A stretch of DNA of 64,000 nucleotides from Armatimonadota bacterium (GCA_041690135.1 JAWLHY010000004.1:224001-288000), one strand, 5' to 3'; positions 48,209 to 57,562 are shown, counted from the first letter of the stretch. A program made the numbers and translations. Notes: generated from the sequence alone by a model not told the origin.

Positions 48209-48670
48209 ATGGATTCACAGCAGTACTTCCGTTATAAGCGCTCCCGGTTTTCGACCCGCCTTCCGCTCAACCGGCTCTATACGCCCTCGCACTACTGGCT
48301 GCTCGAATGCGAGCCGGGGGTATGGCGCGTCGGCTTCACCCGGTTCGCCACCCGGATGCTGGGTGACCTGGTGGAACTGAACTGGGAAGTGCGCCCCGGA
48401 GATCCGGTATCGGTGGGACAGGCGATCGGCGCGGTCGAGGGGTTCAAGGCGATCTCGGAGATCTACTGCGCGGTCGAGGGAGAGTTCCTGGGCGGAAACC
48501 CGGCCCTGGACGAGGATATTACGCTCACGGACACAGACGGCTACGGGGAAGGCTGGCTCTATCAGGTGCGCGGCACCCCCGACCCGAGCCGCCTGGACGT
48601 GGAAGGCTACGTCGCCTTACTCGATCTGACGATTGAGCGGATGCTGGCCCAATCCGGGGAGTCCGAGTAG
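48209..48670 (+). CDS. GcvH-like lipoyl-carrier protein
   Basis: YTPSHYW, RVGFTRFA..MLGDLV, VEGFKAISEIY (Lys at the lipoyl position) and YGEGWLY. Confidence 0.88.
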   Translation: MDSQQYFRYKRSRFSTRLPLNRLYTPSHYWLLECEPGVWRVGFTRFATRMLGDLVELNWEVRPGDPVSVGQAIGAVEGFKAISEIYCAVEGEFLGGNPALDEDITLTDTDGYGEGWLYQVRGTPDPSRLDVEGYVALLDLTIERMLAQSGESE

Positions 48671-48699
48671 GAGCCACAGATTTCACAGATTGGAAAGAT
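48670..48699 (+). repeat. 30-bp inverted repeat, left arm
   Basis: GGAGCCACAGATTTCACAGATTGGAAAGAT is the exact reverse complement of 50371-50400. Confidence 0.9.
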
Positions 48700-49807
48700 G
48701 AGTAAAGCTAAATACATCATGATCGGCGGCTTCCTGGGGGCCGGGAAGACGACCGCCGTCCTCCGGATCGCCGAGGAGTTGACCCGTCAGGGGCTGCGGG
48801 TGGGCCTGATCACCAACGACCAGAGCTATGGGCTGGTGGATACCGCCATGCTGGCGTCGCATGGGTTTGCGGTGGAGGAGATCACCGGCGGCTGCTTCTG
48901 CTGTAAGTTCAACTCGCTGGTCTCCGCGGCGGATCGCCTCACCGAAGAGGCCCGGCCGGAGGTGTTCATCGCGGAGCCCGTGGGAAGCTGCACCGACCTG
49001 AAGGCGACGGTCGACTACCCCCTCCGCCGAATGTACGGTGACGATTACGCCATCGCCCCGCTGAGCGTGATGGTCGACCCGATCCGCGCCCTGCGGATTC
49101 TCGACCTGGAGCCCGGCAAGTCCTTCTCGCCCAAGGTCCGCTACATCTATCAGAAGCAGCTCGAGGAAGCGGACCTGATCGTGGTCAACAAGATCGACCT
49201 GGTCGAGCCGGAGCGCCTGGAGGCCCTTCAGGCTGCTCTGGCCGAACGCTTCCCCCGGGCGCAGGTGCTCACGGTTTCCGCGCGCCACGGGCAGGGACTG
49301 GAGGCCTGGCTCGACTGCATCACCTCCGGAGAGGCCCGCACCGCCGACGCGATGGAGGTGGACTACGACCTCTACGCCGACGGCGAGGCGCTGCTCGGCT
49401 GGCTCAATTGCACAGTCCAACTGGAGCGCGACGAGGAGTTCGACGGGAACACACTGCTGCTCGACCTGGCGGGAGCCGTGCAGCGACGCTTAGCCGAGGA
49501 TAGCCTCGAGATCGCCCACCTGAAACTGACGCTCAACCCGGACGAGAACGGCAACGATCTCGGGGTGGTGAACAGCGTGCGCAACGAATCCGGCGCCGAA
49601 GCCTCGCACCGCCTGCAGGAGCCGCTGGAGTCGGGACAGTTGATCCTGAACCTCCGCGCCGAGGCGGACCCGGAGCGGCTGCGGGAGGTCGTGCTGGAGG
49701 CGCTGACGGAAGTGGAACGCGAGAGCGGAGTCAAGGTTCGGGTGGAACACCTCGAACGCTTCCGCCCTGGCCGACCCGTACCGACCCATCGGTTAGCAGC
49801 CGTGTAG
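48698..49807 (+). CDS. CobW/P47K (COG0523-like G3E) GTPase metallochaperone
   Basis: GGFLGAGKTT, ITND, GGCFCC, EPVGSC, QLEEAD and NKID. Confidence 0.92.
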   Translation: MSKAKYIMIGGFLGAGKTTAVLRIAEELTRQGLRVGLITNDQSYGLVDTAMLASHGFAVEEITGGCFCCKFNSLVSAADRLTEEARPEVFIAEPVGSCTDLKATVDYPLRRMYGDDYAIAPLSVMVDPIRALRILDLEPGKSFSPKVRYIYQKQLEEADLIVVNKIDLVEPERLEALQAALAERFPRAQVLTVSARHGQGLEAWLDCITSGEARTADAMEVDYDLYADGEALLGWLNCTVQLERDEEFDGNTLLLDLAGAVQRRLAEDSLEIAHLKLTLNPDENGNDLGVVNSVRNESGAEASHRLQEPLESGQLILNLRAEADPERLREVVLEALTEVERESGVKVRVEHLERFRPGRPVPTHRLAAV

Positions 49808-49826
49808 GCGAGTTGAAGGTTGAAAG

Positions 49827-50345
49827 TTGAAGGTTCCCCCCTCGGGACCGGGGTTCAGGGGCCGAGCGCACAGCCGTTATCCACTCATGCTGGCAGAGCA
49901 CCCTTCTATTTCCAGGAAAAGTTGGAAGAGCCGCCGGTGGATCGCCGGCTCCGCTCTTACGCTGGTAGGGCTGCTAGGCATCCTCGCGTTTGGGCTCTGG
50001 GACTACGCTTTTGGGTTGCATGCGGACGAGATGTGGTCCGTTGCATTACCGAGGGGTGGAAAGCTCTCGTTCTATAGCGGGTCGAGGCGGATCGAAGCCA
50101 CTTTGCCGGATGATAGCCGGCAAACGCTGGTGTGGACCGACGCCGCAGGAGTCAGGCGCGAATACCTCGTGGGGTACGGTTTTCCGCCTTTAGAGGTGCG
50201 TGCACGCCCTGATGGAAACGCAGTGGGTTTGCTTGCACCGAGCCTAAACTTCATCGTGGGAGTGCTGGATTTGGAAACCGGCCGATATGAGGACGCTCCC
50301 GACCCTACGCGACTGGCCTGGGCGACGTCCGGCGCAAAGCTCTAG
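49827..50345 (+). CDS. Hypothetical membrane-anchored protein inserted in the operon
   Basis: One TM segment (IAGSALTLVGLLGILAFGLW); codon usage visibly more A/T-ending than its neighbours; start uncertain. Confidence 0.55.
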   Translation: MKVPPSGPGFRGRAHSRYPLMLAEHPSISRKSWKSRRWIAGSALTLVGLLGILAFGLWDYAFGLHADEMWSVALPRGGKLSFYSGSRRIEATLPDDSRQTLVWTDAAGVRREYLVGYGFPPLEVRARPDGNAVGLLAPSLNFIVGVLDLETGRYEDAPDPTRLAWATSGAKL

Positions 50346-50370
50346 CGGAGACTGTGCTCAGCGGGCTCTT

Positions 50371-50400
50371 ATCTTTCCAATCTGTGAAATCTGTGGCTCC
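50371..50400 (-). repeat. 30-bp inverted repeat, right arm
   Basis: ATCTTTCCAATCTGTGAAATCTGTGGCTCC. Confidence 0.9.
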
Positions 50401-50444
50401 CCGGTTCCAACGGCAGAGCGTTGCTTTAGGTGAAAACGATTCGT

Positions 50445-50816
50445 ATGTCGAAGAATGCAAGAGTGTTGTACTGCCACTGCGCCTACGCCCAGGTGGTGCC
50501 CAAGACGGTAAAGGAGGAGGTCCTCTCCCAGCTCGCCGCTTCGGGGGTCGCCTTCGACGCGGTGGCGGATCTCTGCGAGATGTCGGCACGGGGCGACTCC
50601 GGCCTGACGCAACTTGCCGCCGGGGGGGACGTGCGGATCGCCGCCTGCTACCCGCGGGCCGTGCGGTGGCTCTTCTCCGCGGCGGGCGCGGCGCTGCCCG
50701 AAGGAGCGCAGATCCTGAATATGCGAGTGGAAAGCGCGGAAAACGTGGTGAACGGTCTGCTGAACGGTGAGAGCACCGGAGCCGGGGAAGGTGCGGCCAT
50801 GGAGGGTGCGGAATGA
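50445..50816 (+). CDS. Small Cys-containing putative Fe-S protein (pattern like the HdrA N-terminal domain)
   Basis: VLYCHC...DLC...IAACYPR...ILNMR; ATGA overlap with the next gene. Confidence 0.7.
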   Translation: MSKNARVLYCHCAYAQVVPKTVKEEVLSQLAASGVAFDAVADLCEMSARGDSGLTQLAAGGDVRIAACYPRAVRWLFSAAGAALPEGAQILNMRVESAENVVNGLLNGESTGAGEGAAMEGAE

Positions 50817-51682
50817 TCACGGCAGCCGGACCCGCGTTCCGGGTGGTGCTTTATGAAGGGGAGGGCAGCCATGCCCTCGAGCCGGCCTCGCGCCTCGAGA
50901 TCATGCGCACGCTGCTGGAGAAGGGTTACTCCGTCACCCGCGCGCTTGCCGGCGGAGCGGTGAGCCCCACCACGGGCGGCGAGCTGCTGGTGCTGGGCCG
51001 GTTTGCCGAGAGCCAGCCACAGAAAGCGCAGGATACCTCGGGCGACGTGCAGCTCCACTTCCGCGATATCGAGGGCCTGGAGCCGGCGCAGGTGCTGGAG
51101 ACCGTCGAGTCCGTGCGTGAGACGGCCCAGGCGCCCAAGCCCGGCGGCTGGAAGCCCTGGTTCCCGGTGATCGACTACGACCGCTGCACCAACTGTATGC
51201 AGTGCCTCAGCTTCTGCCTGTTCGACGTCTACGGCGTGGAGAACGGCAAGATCCGGGTGCAGAACCAGAACAAGTGCAAGACGGACTGCCCGGCCTGCTC
51301 GCGGGTCTGCCCGGAGGTCGCCATCCTCTTCCCGAAGTATCGCTCCGGCCCCATCAACGGGGATGAGATCGACGCGGAAGACCTGCGCCGCGAGGCGATG
51401 AAAGTCGACATCTCCTCCCTGCTCGGTGGAGACATCTACCAGGCGCTGCGGGACCGGAGTGCGCGCGCAAAGTCCCGCTTCTCCAAGGAGCGCGACGAGG
51501 ATCGCGCCCTCAAGGAGCGGATGCGCTGCCTGGCCAAGCTCCAGCAGGACCTCGATATCCCGCCGGAGGTGGTGGCGTCGCTGCCGAGCGTGGACCAGAT
51601 CCAGGCCAAGGCCGCGGAAGCCCAGGCCCGCGCCGCCGCGGCTCTTCAGGAAATCGCGCAAACGGAGGGACCGTCCGCATGA
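50813..51682 (+). CDS. 4Fe-4S dicluster ferredoxin-domain protein
   Basis: IDYDRCTNCMQCLSFC and CKTDCPACSRVCP. Confidence 0.88.
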   Translation: MITAAGPAFRVVLYEGEGSHALEPASRLEIMRTLLEKGYSVTRALAGGAVSPTTGGELLVLGRFAESQPQKAQDTSGDVQLHFRDIEGLEPAQVLETVESVRETAQAPKPGGWKPWFPVIDYDRCTNCMQCLSFCLFDVYGVENGKIRVQNQNKCKTDCPACSRVCPEVAILFPKYRSGPINGDEIDAEDLRREAMKVDISSLLGGDIYQALRDRSARAKSRFSKERDEDRALKERMRCLAKLQQDLDIPPEVVASLPSVDQIQAKAAEAQARAAAALQEIAQTEGPSA

Positions 51683-52866
51683 TGCTGCAGTTCGCCCGGC
51701 GGATGGTGACCGAGGTCGACCCCCGGCTCCTCCACAAGATCGGCTACAACTTCGGGTTCAAGGGGATGCTCTCGGTCGAACGCTACAAGCGCCGGCTCAA
51801 GCAGGGCATCCACTTCCCGCCGTTCCTCTTCATCTCCATCATCAATAGCTGCCAGCTCCGGTGCCAGGGCTGCTGGGTCGACGTCGCCTCGCCCCGGAAG
51901 ATGATCACGCTGGAGGAGATGAACGCCATCATCAACGACGCCAAGAAGCACGGCAACAGCTTCTTCGGCATCCTGGGCGGCGAGCCGTTCATGCACCCGC
52001 AGCTCCTCCAGATCCTGGAGGCGCACCCGGACTGCTACTTCCAGATCTTCACCAACGGCCAGCTCATCACCGACGAGGTCGCCCGCGAGCTTCGGCGGAT
52101 CGGCAACGCCACCCCGCTGATCAGCATCGAGGGGACGGAGATCGTCAGCGACGAGCGCCGCGGCCGGCTCAACGTGCTGAACAAGACCCTGGAAGGCCTG
52201 GCCAATTGCCGCAAGCACAAGCTGGTCACCGGCGTGGCCACCAGCGTCTGCAAGACGAACATCGACCTCGTCAGCGAAGCCTGGCTGAAACGCCTGATCG
52301 AGATGGGGGTCCATTACGCCTGGTTCCACACCTACCGGGTGGTGGGACCCAAGCCGACGGCTTCCATCGCCCTCTCGCCCGAAGAGGTGCTGCGGGTCCG
52401 CCGGTTCGCCGTGGAGATGCGGAAGAAGCTGCCGATCGCCATCGTGGACGCCTACTGGGACGACCAGGGGGAAGCCCTCTGCCCGATGGCAACCGGAGTG
52501 AGCCACCACATCGGCCCCGGCGGCGACATCGAGCCCTGTCCCATCATCCAGTTCGCGAAGGAATCGGTCCGCGACGGCGGCATCTACGACCTGATGACCG
52601 GCTCTGAGTTCCTGCGCGACTTCCGCGAGACCGCGGCTAAAACGACCCGCGGCTGTATCGTGCTGGAGCGGCCGGACCTGGTCCGCGACCTGGTGGTGAA
52701 GCACGGCGCGCGCGATACCACGCAACGACAAACGGCCCTGGCCGAAATGGAAGCGCTCGAGCCGCGCACCAGCCAGCACAATCCGGAAACCGTTATCCCC
52801 GAAGAGCACTGGGCCTACCGCCTCGCGAAAAAGCACTGGTTCTTCGGCTTCGGCGCCTATACCTAG
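51679..52866 (+). CDS. Radical SAM protein (partial SPASM/twitch-like C-terminus)
   Basis: CQLRCQGC, GGEPF, FTNG, ISIEG and LCP...HIGPGGDIEPCP. Confidence 0.93.
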   Translation: MMLQFARRMVTEVDPRLLHKIGYNFGFKGMLSVERYKRRLKQGIHFPPFLFISIINSCQLRCQGCWVDVASPRKMITLEEMNAIINDAKKHGNSFFGILGGEPFMHPQLLQILEAHPDCYFQIFTNGQLITDEVARELRRIGNATPLISIEGTEIVSDERRGRLNVLNKTLEGLANCRKHKLVTGVATSVCKTNIDLVSEAWLKRLIEMGVHYAWFHTYRVVGPKPTASIALSPEEVLRVRRFAVEMRKKLPIAIVDAYWDDQGEALCPMATGVSHHIGPGGDIEPCPIIQFAKESVRDGGIYDLMTGSEFLRDFRETAAKTTRGCIVLERPDLVRDLVVKHGARDTTQRQTALAEMEALEPRTSQHNPETVIPEEHWAYRLAKKHWFFGFGAYT

Positions 52867-52886
52867 AAATCAAAGGATCACTGCGA

Positions 52887-54602
52887 ATGGAGCTCCCTAT
52901 CCTGACGCTTCCCCGGCCGGTGCCGGTGGAGCGGATCCGCCAGCCCCAGGAGAACATCCCCCAGACGCGGGGCGAGCGTGAAAAAGCGAAGGAGGCGATC
53001 CGCGCCTATGTGGACCGGGTGCGCCCGGTGCCGCCGCTCTCTGCGGAGGAGCTTCGCCAGCACGCGGGCGAGGTGATCCGGCTCCACGGCTTCGACCCGA
53101 ACTACACGGATTACCTGGGGGTACTCCTAAGCAACGAGGCGTGGCGGGAGCAACTGGCGACCGTTCCCTACGAGCGGCGCCTGCTAATGCTGCCCAAGTG
53201 CCTCCGCGTGGAGGAGAAGTGCCCCGCGCCGTTCGACGAGTTCGGCCTCCTCTGCAAGCGCTGCGGGCTCTGCTCTATCCAGGACCTCACGGATGAAGCG
53301 GAACGGCTCGGTTACGCGGTGCTGACGGCAGAAGGCTCCGCCATCGTCATGGCGATCATCCAGACCGGCAAAATCGACGCCATCGTGGGGGTGAGCTGCC
53401 TCAACGTGCTGGAGCGCGCCTTCCCGTACATGGAAGCCGCCGCCATTCCCGGCATCGCGATCCCGCTGCTGCAGGACGACTGCAAGAACACCACGGTCGA
53501 CATGGAGTGGGTGTGGGACATCATCCACCTGACCAGCGACGACCGGACCCACCGGATGGACCTGGACGGACTCCGGCGCGAGGTCGATTCCTGGTTCGCG
53601 CCCGCCGAGCTGGATGCGCTCCTGGGCCCCGCGAACAGCCGGACGGAGCAGATCGCGCGCGATTGGCTGACCCGCGCGGGCAAGCGCTGGCGGCCGTTCC
53701 TCACCGCCTGCGCCTACCGCGCGCTGCAGGAGGACCCGGAAGCCCCGCTCCCGTACGACCTGCGGCGGGTGGCCCTGGCCGTGGAGTGTTTCCACAAGGC
53801 CTCCCTGGTCCACGACGACATCGAGGACGACGACGCCCACCGCTACGGCGAGCGGGCGCTGCACGAGGAGCACGGCGTGGCCGTGGCCCTGAACGTGGGC
53901 GACCTGCTCCTCGGCGAAGGCTACCGTCTCCTGGCCGAGTGCGAGGCCTCTCCCCAGGCTCGCTCCGAGATGCTGCGCGTTGCCGCCGCGGGGCACCGCA
54001 CCCTCTGCCTGGGCCAGGGCTCCGAGCTCTGCTGGACCCGTAACCCCGAGCCGCTCAGCTCCCTCCAGGTGCTGGATATCTTCCGCCAGAAGACGGCTCC
54101 GGCATTCGAAGTCGCCCTCCGCCTGGGCGCCATCTACGCCGGGGGCGATCCCGCGCTGGCGGAGATCCTCCGGAAGTACAGCGAGGCGCTCGGCATCGCT
54201 TACCAGATCCGGGACGACCTGGACGACTTCGACTCCCAGGCCGATCCGGACGACGTGAGCCGGCTCCGGCCCACACTCCCGCTGGCGGTGGCCTATGAGA
54301 AGTCCAAGGGTGAGGCGAGAGCCCGCCTGGAGGCCGCCTGGAAGCGGGCCACCGACGAGAGCCCGGAGACCCTGCGCGCCCTGATCCGCGAGGGCGAGGG
54401 CGACGAGCGCTGTCGTAACCTGCTGGAAGCGTACAAGGAAGAGGCGGTGCGGTCCCTCCAGGAGCTGGACAATGCCAGCCTCAAGGGCCTACTGCGGCGG
54501 GTGATCGGGAAGATCTTCCGGGTGGAAGTAAAGGGCTGGTGCAGTGAGTTTGAGGCTCGAAATGCTGCAGGTCGCGAGGCTGGCGCCCCGGCTGCTGGGT
54601 GA
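52887..54602 (+). CDS. DUF116-like Cys-rich domain fused to a trans-polyprenyl diphosphate synthase
   Basis: LPKCLR..CPA..CKRCGLC..GVSC..PLLQDDC, then GKRWRP, HDDIEDDD..RYG, GQGSEL, KTA and YQIRDDLDD. Confidence 0.9.
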   Translation: MELPILTLPRPVPVERIRQPQENIPQTRGEREKAKEAIRAYVDRVRPVPPLSAEELRQHAGEVIRLHGFDPNYTDYLGVLLSNEAWREQLATVPYERRLLMLPKCLRVEEKCPAPFDEFGLLCKRCGLCSIQDLTDEAERLGYAVLTAEGSAIVMAIIQTGKIDAIVGVSCLNVLERAFPYMEAAAIPGIAIPLLQDDCKNTTVDMEWVWDIIHLTSDDRTHRMDLDGLRREVDSWFAPAELDALLGPANSRTEQIARDWLTRAGKRWRPFLTACAYRALQEDPEAPLPYDLRRVALAVECFHKASLVHDDIEDDDAHRYGERALHEEHGVAVALNVGDLLLGEGYRLLAECEASPQARSEMLRVAAAGHRTLCLGQGSELCWTRNPEPLSSLQVLDIFRQKTAPAFEVALRLGAIYAGGDPALAEILRKYSEALGIAYQIRDDLDDFDSQADPDDVSRLRPTLPLAVAYEKSKGEARARLEAAWKRATDESPETLRALIREGEGDERCRNLLEAYKEEAVRSLQELDNASLKGLLRRVIGKIFRVEVKGWCSEFEARNAAGREAGAPAAG

Positions 54603-55428
54603 TTCCGCCGACCTCGTCACCGATTTCTTCCGCAGCCAGATCCACCCAGACGGCGGCTTTCAGGACCGCTCCGGCGACCATGATCTCTACTATACGGTCT
54701 TCGGCCTGGAGGGCCTCGCCGCTCTCCGGGCCGATGTGCCATGGTCCCGGATGACCGACTACATCCGCGGCTTCGGCACCGGAGAAGGGCTCGACTTCGT
54801 CCACCTCACCTGCCTGGCTCGCGCCTGGGCCAACCTGCCCGTAGCCGTTCGCGGGGAAGCTCCCCGGCGGGAGATCCTGGCGCAGGTCGAGGGGCTGCGC
54901 AGCGCGGACGGCGGCTACGACGCGGAACCGGGCCGCGAGCGCGGGACGCTTTACGGCTGCTTTCTCGCCCTGGGCGCCTACCAGGACCTGGAGGCTCCCA
55001 TGCCGCATCCGGAGGCGATGCTGGCCTGTATCCGCAGCCTGCGGGCAGAGGACGGCGGGTACGCCAACCAGGTCGAGATGCCGCTCGGTCTCACCCCCTC
55101 CACCGCGGCGGCGGCCACCCTCCTGCGCCAGTTGGGAGAACCCGCGGAGCCGGAACTGGCCGAGTGGCTACTCTCCCGCTGCCATCCGGATGGCGGTTTC
55201 TTCGCAACACCCCTCGCCCCCCTCCCGGACCTTCTCTCCACCGCCACCGCCCTACACGCCCTCGCCGGCCTCCACGCCGACCTCTCCCCCATCCAGGAGC
55301 CCAGCCTCGACTTCATCGACAGCCTCTGGACCAACCGCGGCGCCTTCTTCGGCAGTTGGACCGACGACGAAGCCGACGTGGAGTACACCTACTACGGCCT
55401 CCTCGCCCTAGGCCACCTCGCGCTGTAG
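54544..55428 (+). CDS. Prenyltransferase/squalene-oxidase repeat protein
   Basis: Repeated DGGF/DGGY and D..YT motifs (QIHPDGGF..DLYYT, DGGY, DLLST, DVEYTYYGL); overlaps the upstream gene by 59 nt. Confidence 0.85.
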   Translation: MSLRLEMLQVARLAPRLLGDSADLVTDFFRSQIHPDGGFQDRSGDHDLYYTVFGLEGLAALRADVPWSRMTDYIRGFGTGEGLDFVHLTCLARAWANLPVAVRGEAPRREILAQVEGLRSADGGYDAEPGRERGTLYGCFLALGAYQDLEAPMPHPEAMLACIRSLRAEDGGYANQVEMPLGLTPSTAAAATLLRQLGEPAEPELAEWLLSRCHPDGGFFATPLAPLPDLLSTATALHALAGLHADLSPIQEPSLDFIDSLWTNRGAFFGSWTDDEADVEYTYYGLLALGHLAL

Positions 55429-55880
55429 GGGACGCCTTTCGACACAGAGGGACACAGAAGGAACAGAAGAACACAGATTCCGAATCGGAAGGGACCAGGA
55501 CTGCTCGCAACACGTCGTCCAGAGAATACCTAGATTTCTCGGGAAACGGACCCGACGGGTTCGGTGGATGATGGGGAATGGTGTGGGCCCTGGTTCAGAA
55601 GGTAGCACAGGCCCTCGTGGCCGTTGGTCACGGTGCTCACAAAAGGTCCAACCCGTCCACGCCCCTGCCCACGGACCGCACCCGCTACGCCTACAGTATT
55701 CGCGAACGTGGACACCCACCACCATCCTGCACCCGGTGCCACGGGCTGCACCGCCTGGTGGTTGGAGCAATATTCCCGGAGGGACGGCGGAGATCGGGTG
55801 CCCGCATGCGGGCCGGGGGGGGTGCAAACCCCGGCGTAGCTGACAACCTGTCATCCAAGCCCTCTGGTGGTTAGAGCGTT

Positions 55881-55971
55881 AGCCCCGGAGGGGCGTCAGG
55901 AGAATAGCCGGGGGTGCAAGCCCCCGCAGTAGCCGGCACCCAATCATCCGAGCCCTGGAAGGGCGGCAGAG
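55881..55971 (+). repeat. REP-like ~90-bp element, copy 2
   Basis: AGCCCCGGAGGGGCG..TAGCCGGGGGTGCAAGCCCCCG..AGCCCTGGAAGGGCGGCAGAG. Confidence 0.8.
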
Positions 55972-56013
55972 GGTTCGCAGCTCACCAGGGTGACGAGGCG
56001 GATGCAAGAGAGG

Positions 56014-56601
56014 CTACGGCACAGAAAAGTCGAAGGTGATGCGGTCGTAGACTTCCCGAAGAGGGAGAGTGCTGCCGATGGAGGGGAGATCCACCACCGC
56101 ATCGAGCCCTTCGTAGACCGAGTAAGTCCAGTCACCCGAGTGGTCGATGCGGGTGAACTTCTCAATGCTCGGCCGGTCCTGGGCGACCAGCAGGTATTCG
56201 CGGAGTGAGGGAATCGTCTGGTATTGGCGCCATTTCCCGCCCCGATCATAAGCCTCCGTGCTCTCCGACAAGACCTCTACGATAACCGTGGGATTCAGGA
56301 GCGTATCCCGGCGCCCATCTTCATACTGGATCTCGCCGCAGGCCACGGACCCATCCGGATACGTGTAAAGCCCGGTGGCGCTGACCCGTACACGCAGATC
56401 GCTCCCGTGCGGCTCGCACGGCCTCCCTTTCAACTGGCGATGGAGTTCCGCAAAAATGTTCCCGGCGATGAGGCTGTGCTCGCGACTCCCCCCGGCCATC
56501 GCATACATCTCGCCGGCGTGGTACTCGCTCTTGTGGTCCGCAGCTCTCTCGATCGCCAGGTATTCTTCCGGCGAAAGGTAGTTGGCCGGCAGTGAGCTCA
56601 T
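56014..56601 (-). CDS. Uma2 family PD-(D/E)xK endonuclease-like protein
   Basis: LSPEEYL, EYHAGEMYAMAGGS..H, YPD, IVEVLSEST..YDRG.K and EYLLVAQD. Confidence 0.93.
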   Translation of the reverse strand: MSSLPANYLSPEEYLAIERAADHKSEYHAGEMYAMAGGSREHSLIAGNIFAELHRQLKGRPCEPHGSDLRVRVSATGLYTYPDGSVACGEIQYEDGRRDTLLNPTVIVEVLSESTEAYDRGGKWRQYQTIPSLREYLLVAQDRPSIEKFTRIDHSGDWTYSVYEGLDAVVDLPSIGSTLPLREVYDRITFDFSVP

Positions 56602-56737
56602 CGGGCCCTTCCTCCGCAGTGCCTTCCACGGGTGCCGCGCGCAACCCGCCTCCGCACCATCTCCTGTCATTATGGCACGGAACGGTACGCCGGCCGTATT
56701 GACCTACTACCGCCACCAACGCCAGCAACGCCGCGGA

Positions 56738-56965
56738 TCAGTTATGGGGCCGGAAGACGGGAAAAGCGTCCAGGCTGACCTCCTCCGATTCCGGAACCGG
56801 CGATTCCACCGTACGCCGCATGTAGACGATCAGCCGAGGCTGGTAGCTCACCGAGGGAAGCACGTCGGTGGAAGTGATCTCCCATCCCAGGCTCCCCATG
56901 CGAGATAATTCCTGCCGGACTTCCTCCACCGAGCCGATAATGATTTCGTATTGCCAGTTTTGCAT
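56738..56965 (-). CDS. Small DUF4177-like protein
   Basis: MQNWQYEII...ELSRMGSLGWEITS...YMRR; purine-rich RBS upstream. Confidence 0.65.
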   Translation of the reverse strand: MQNWQYEIIIGSVEEVRQELSRMGSLGWEITSTDVLPSVSYQPRLIVYMRRTVESPVPESEEVSLDAFPVFRPHN

Positions 56966-57131
56966 GGCTCCCCTACCTCTCTCCGCGAGTTTGGGGGACC
57001 GGTCGAACCTGAGCATTTTGTGCAAAATTCGGCCCCCGAGTCGGCATACCCAGGGCCGGCCGGGGTATACTCCCGTAAAGCCGTGGATCGAGGAATCGCG
57101 CAGTTGAAGGTCCGGAGGGCCGGTAGTCACC

Positions 57132-57542
57132 ATGGATGAGAAGCGCAGGCGCAGGATGACTCCTGGAAACGGGCGGGCCCGGCCACAACGCCGGCGGCTC
57201 GAGCAGGACCTCCTGGCGACGGACCGGGCCGTCTTCTATCACCTGGCCGACGCGGAAACGTCCGGCGACCTCAACGCGCAGTTCGAGGCGGCGCGCGAGT
57301 GGTGCCGGCGTGCCGGCGTGGAGCTGGCCGGCTACTATGTGGACCTGGGCCTTCCCGGCAGCACCGCCTTCTGCGAGCGGCCCGCCGCGGTCGAGTTGAT
57401 GCGCGAGGCGCCCGCCGCCGCCGCCCGCTGGGTGCTCGTCACCGACTGGCGCCGGGTCGGGGTGAACAAAACGGTCGGTCAGGAAGCCGCCCAGGTGCTG
57501 GAGCAGGTGGGCCTGCAGTTCCGCAACATGAAAAGCGCCTGA
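57132..57542 (+). CDS. Degenerate serine-recombinase (resolvase) catalytic-domain-like protein
   Basis: LNAQFEAAREWC..G..LAGYYVDLGLPGS...ERP..ELM...VLVTDWRRVG follows the resolvase pattern, but YHLAD replaces YxRvS. Confidence 0.6.
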   Translation: MDEKRRRRMTPGNGRARPQRRRLEQDLLATDRAVFYHLADAETSGDLNAQFEAAREWCRRAGVELAGYYVDLGLPGSTAFCERPAAVELMREAPAAAARWVLVTDWRRVGVNKTVGQEAAQVLEQVGLQFRNMKSA

Positions 57543-57562
57543 CGCCGCCGTCATCCTGACGC

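Noticed and set aside
48209-48670. Glycine cleavage system
   Set aside because: No gcvT, gcvP or lpd genes nearby; only an H-like carrier.
54544-55428. Squalene-hopene cyclase or protein geranylgeranyltransferase
   Set aside because: Only 294 aa, with no DXDD cyclase motif and no clear DxC zinc motif; kept as a generic repeat protein.
57132-57542. Active recombinase inverting the 48670-50400 segment
   Set aside because: It lacks the catalytic motif and a DNA-binding domain, and nothing links it to the repeat.
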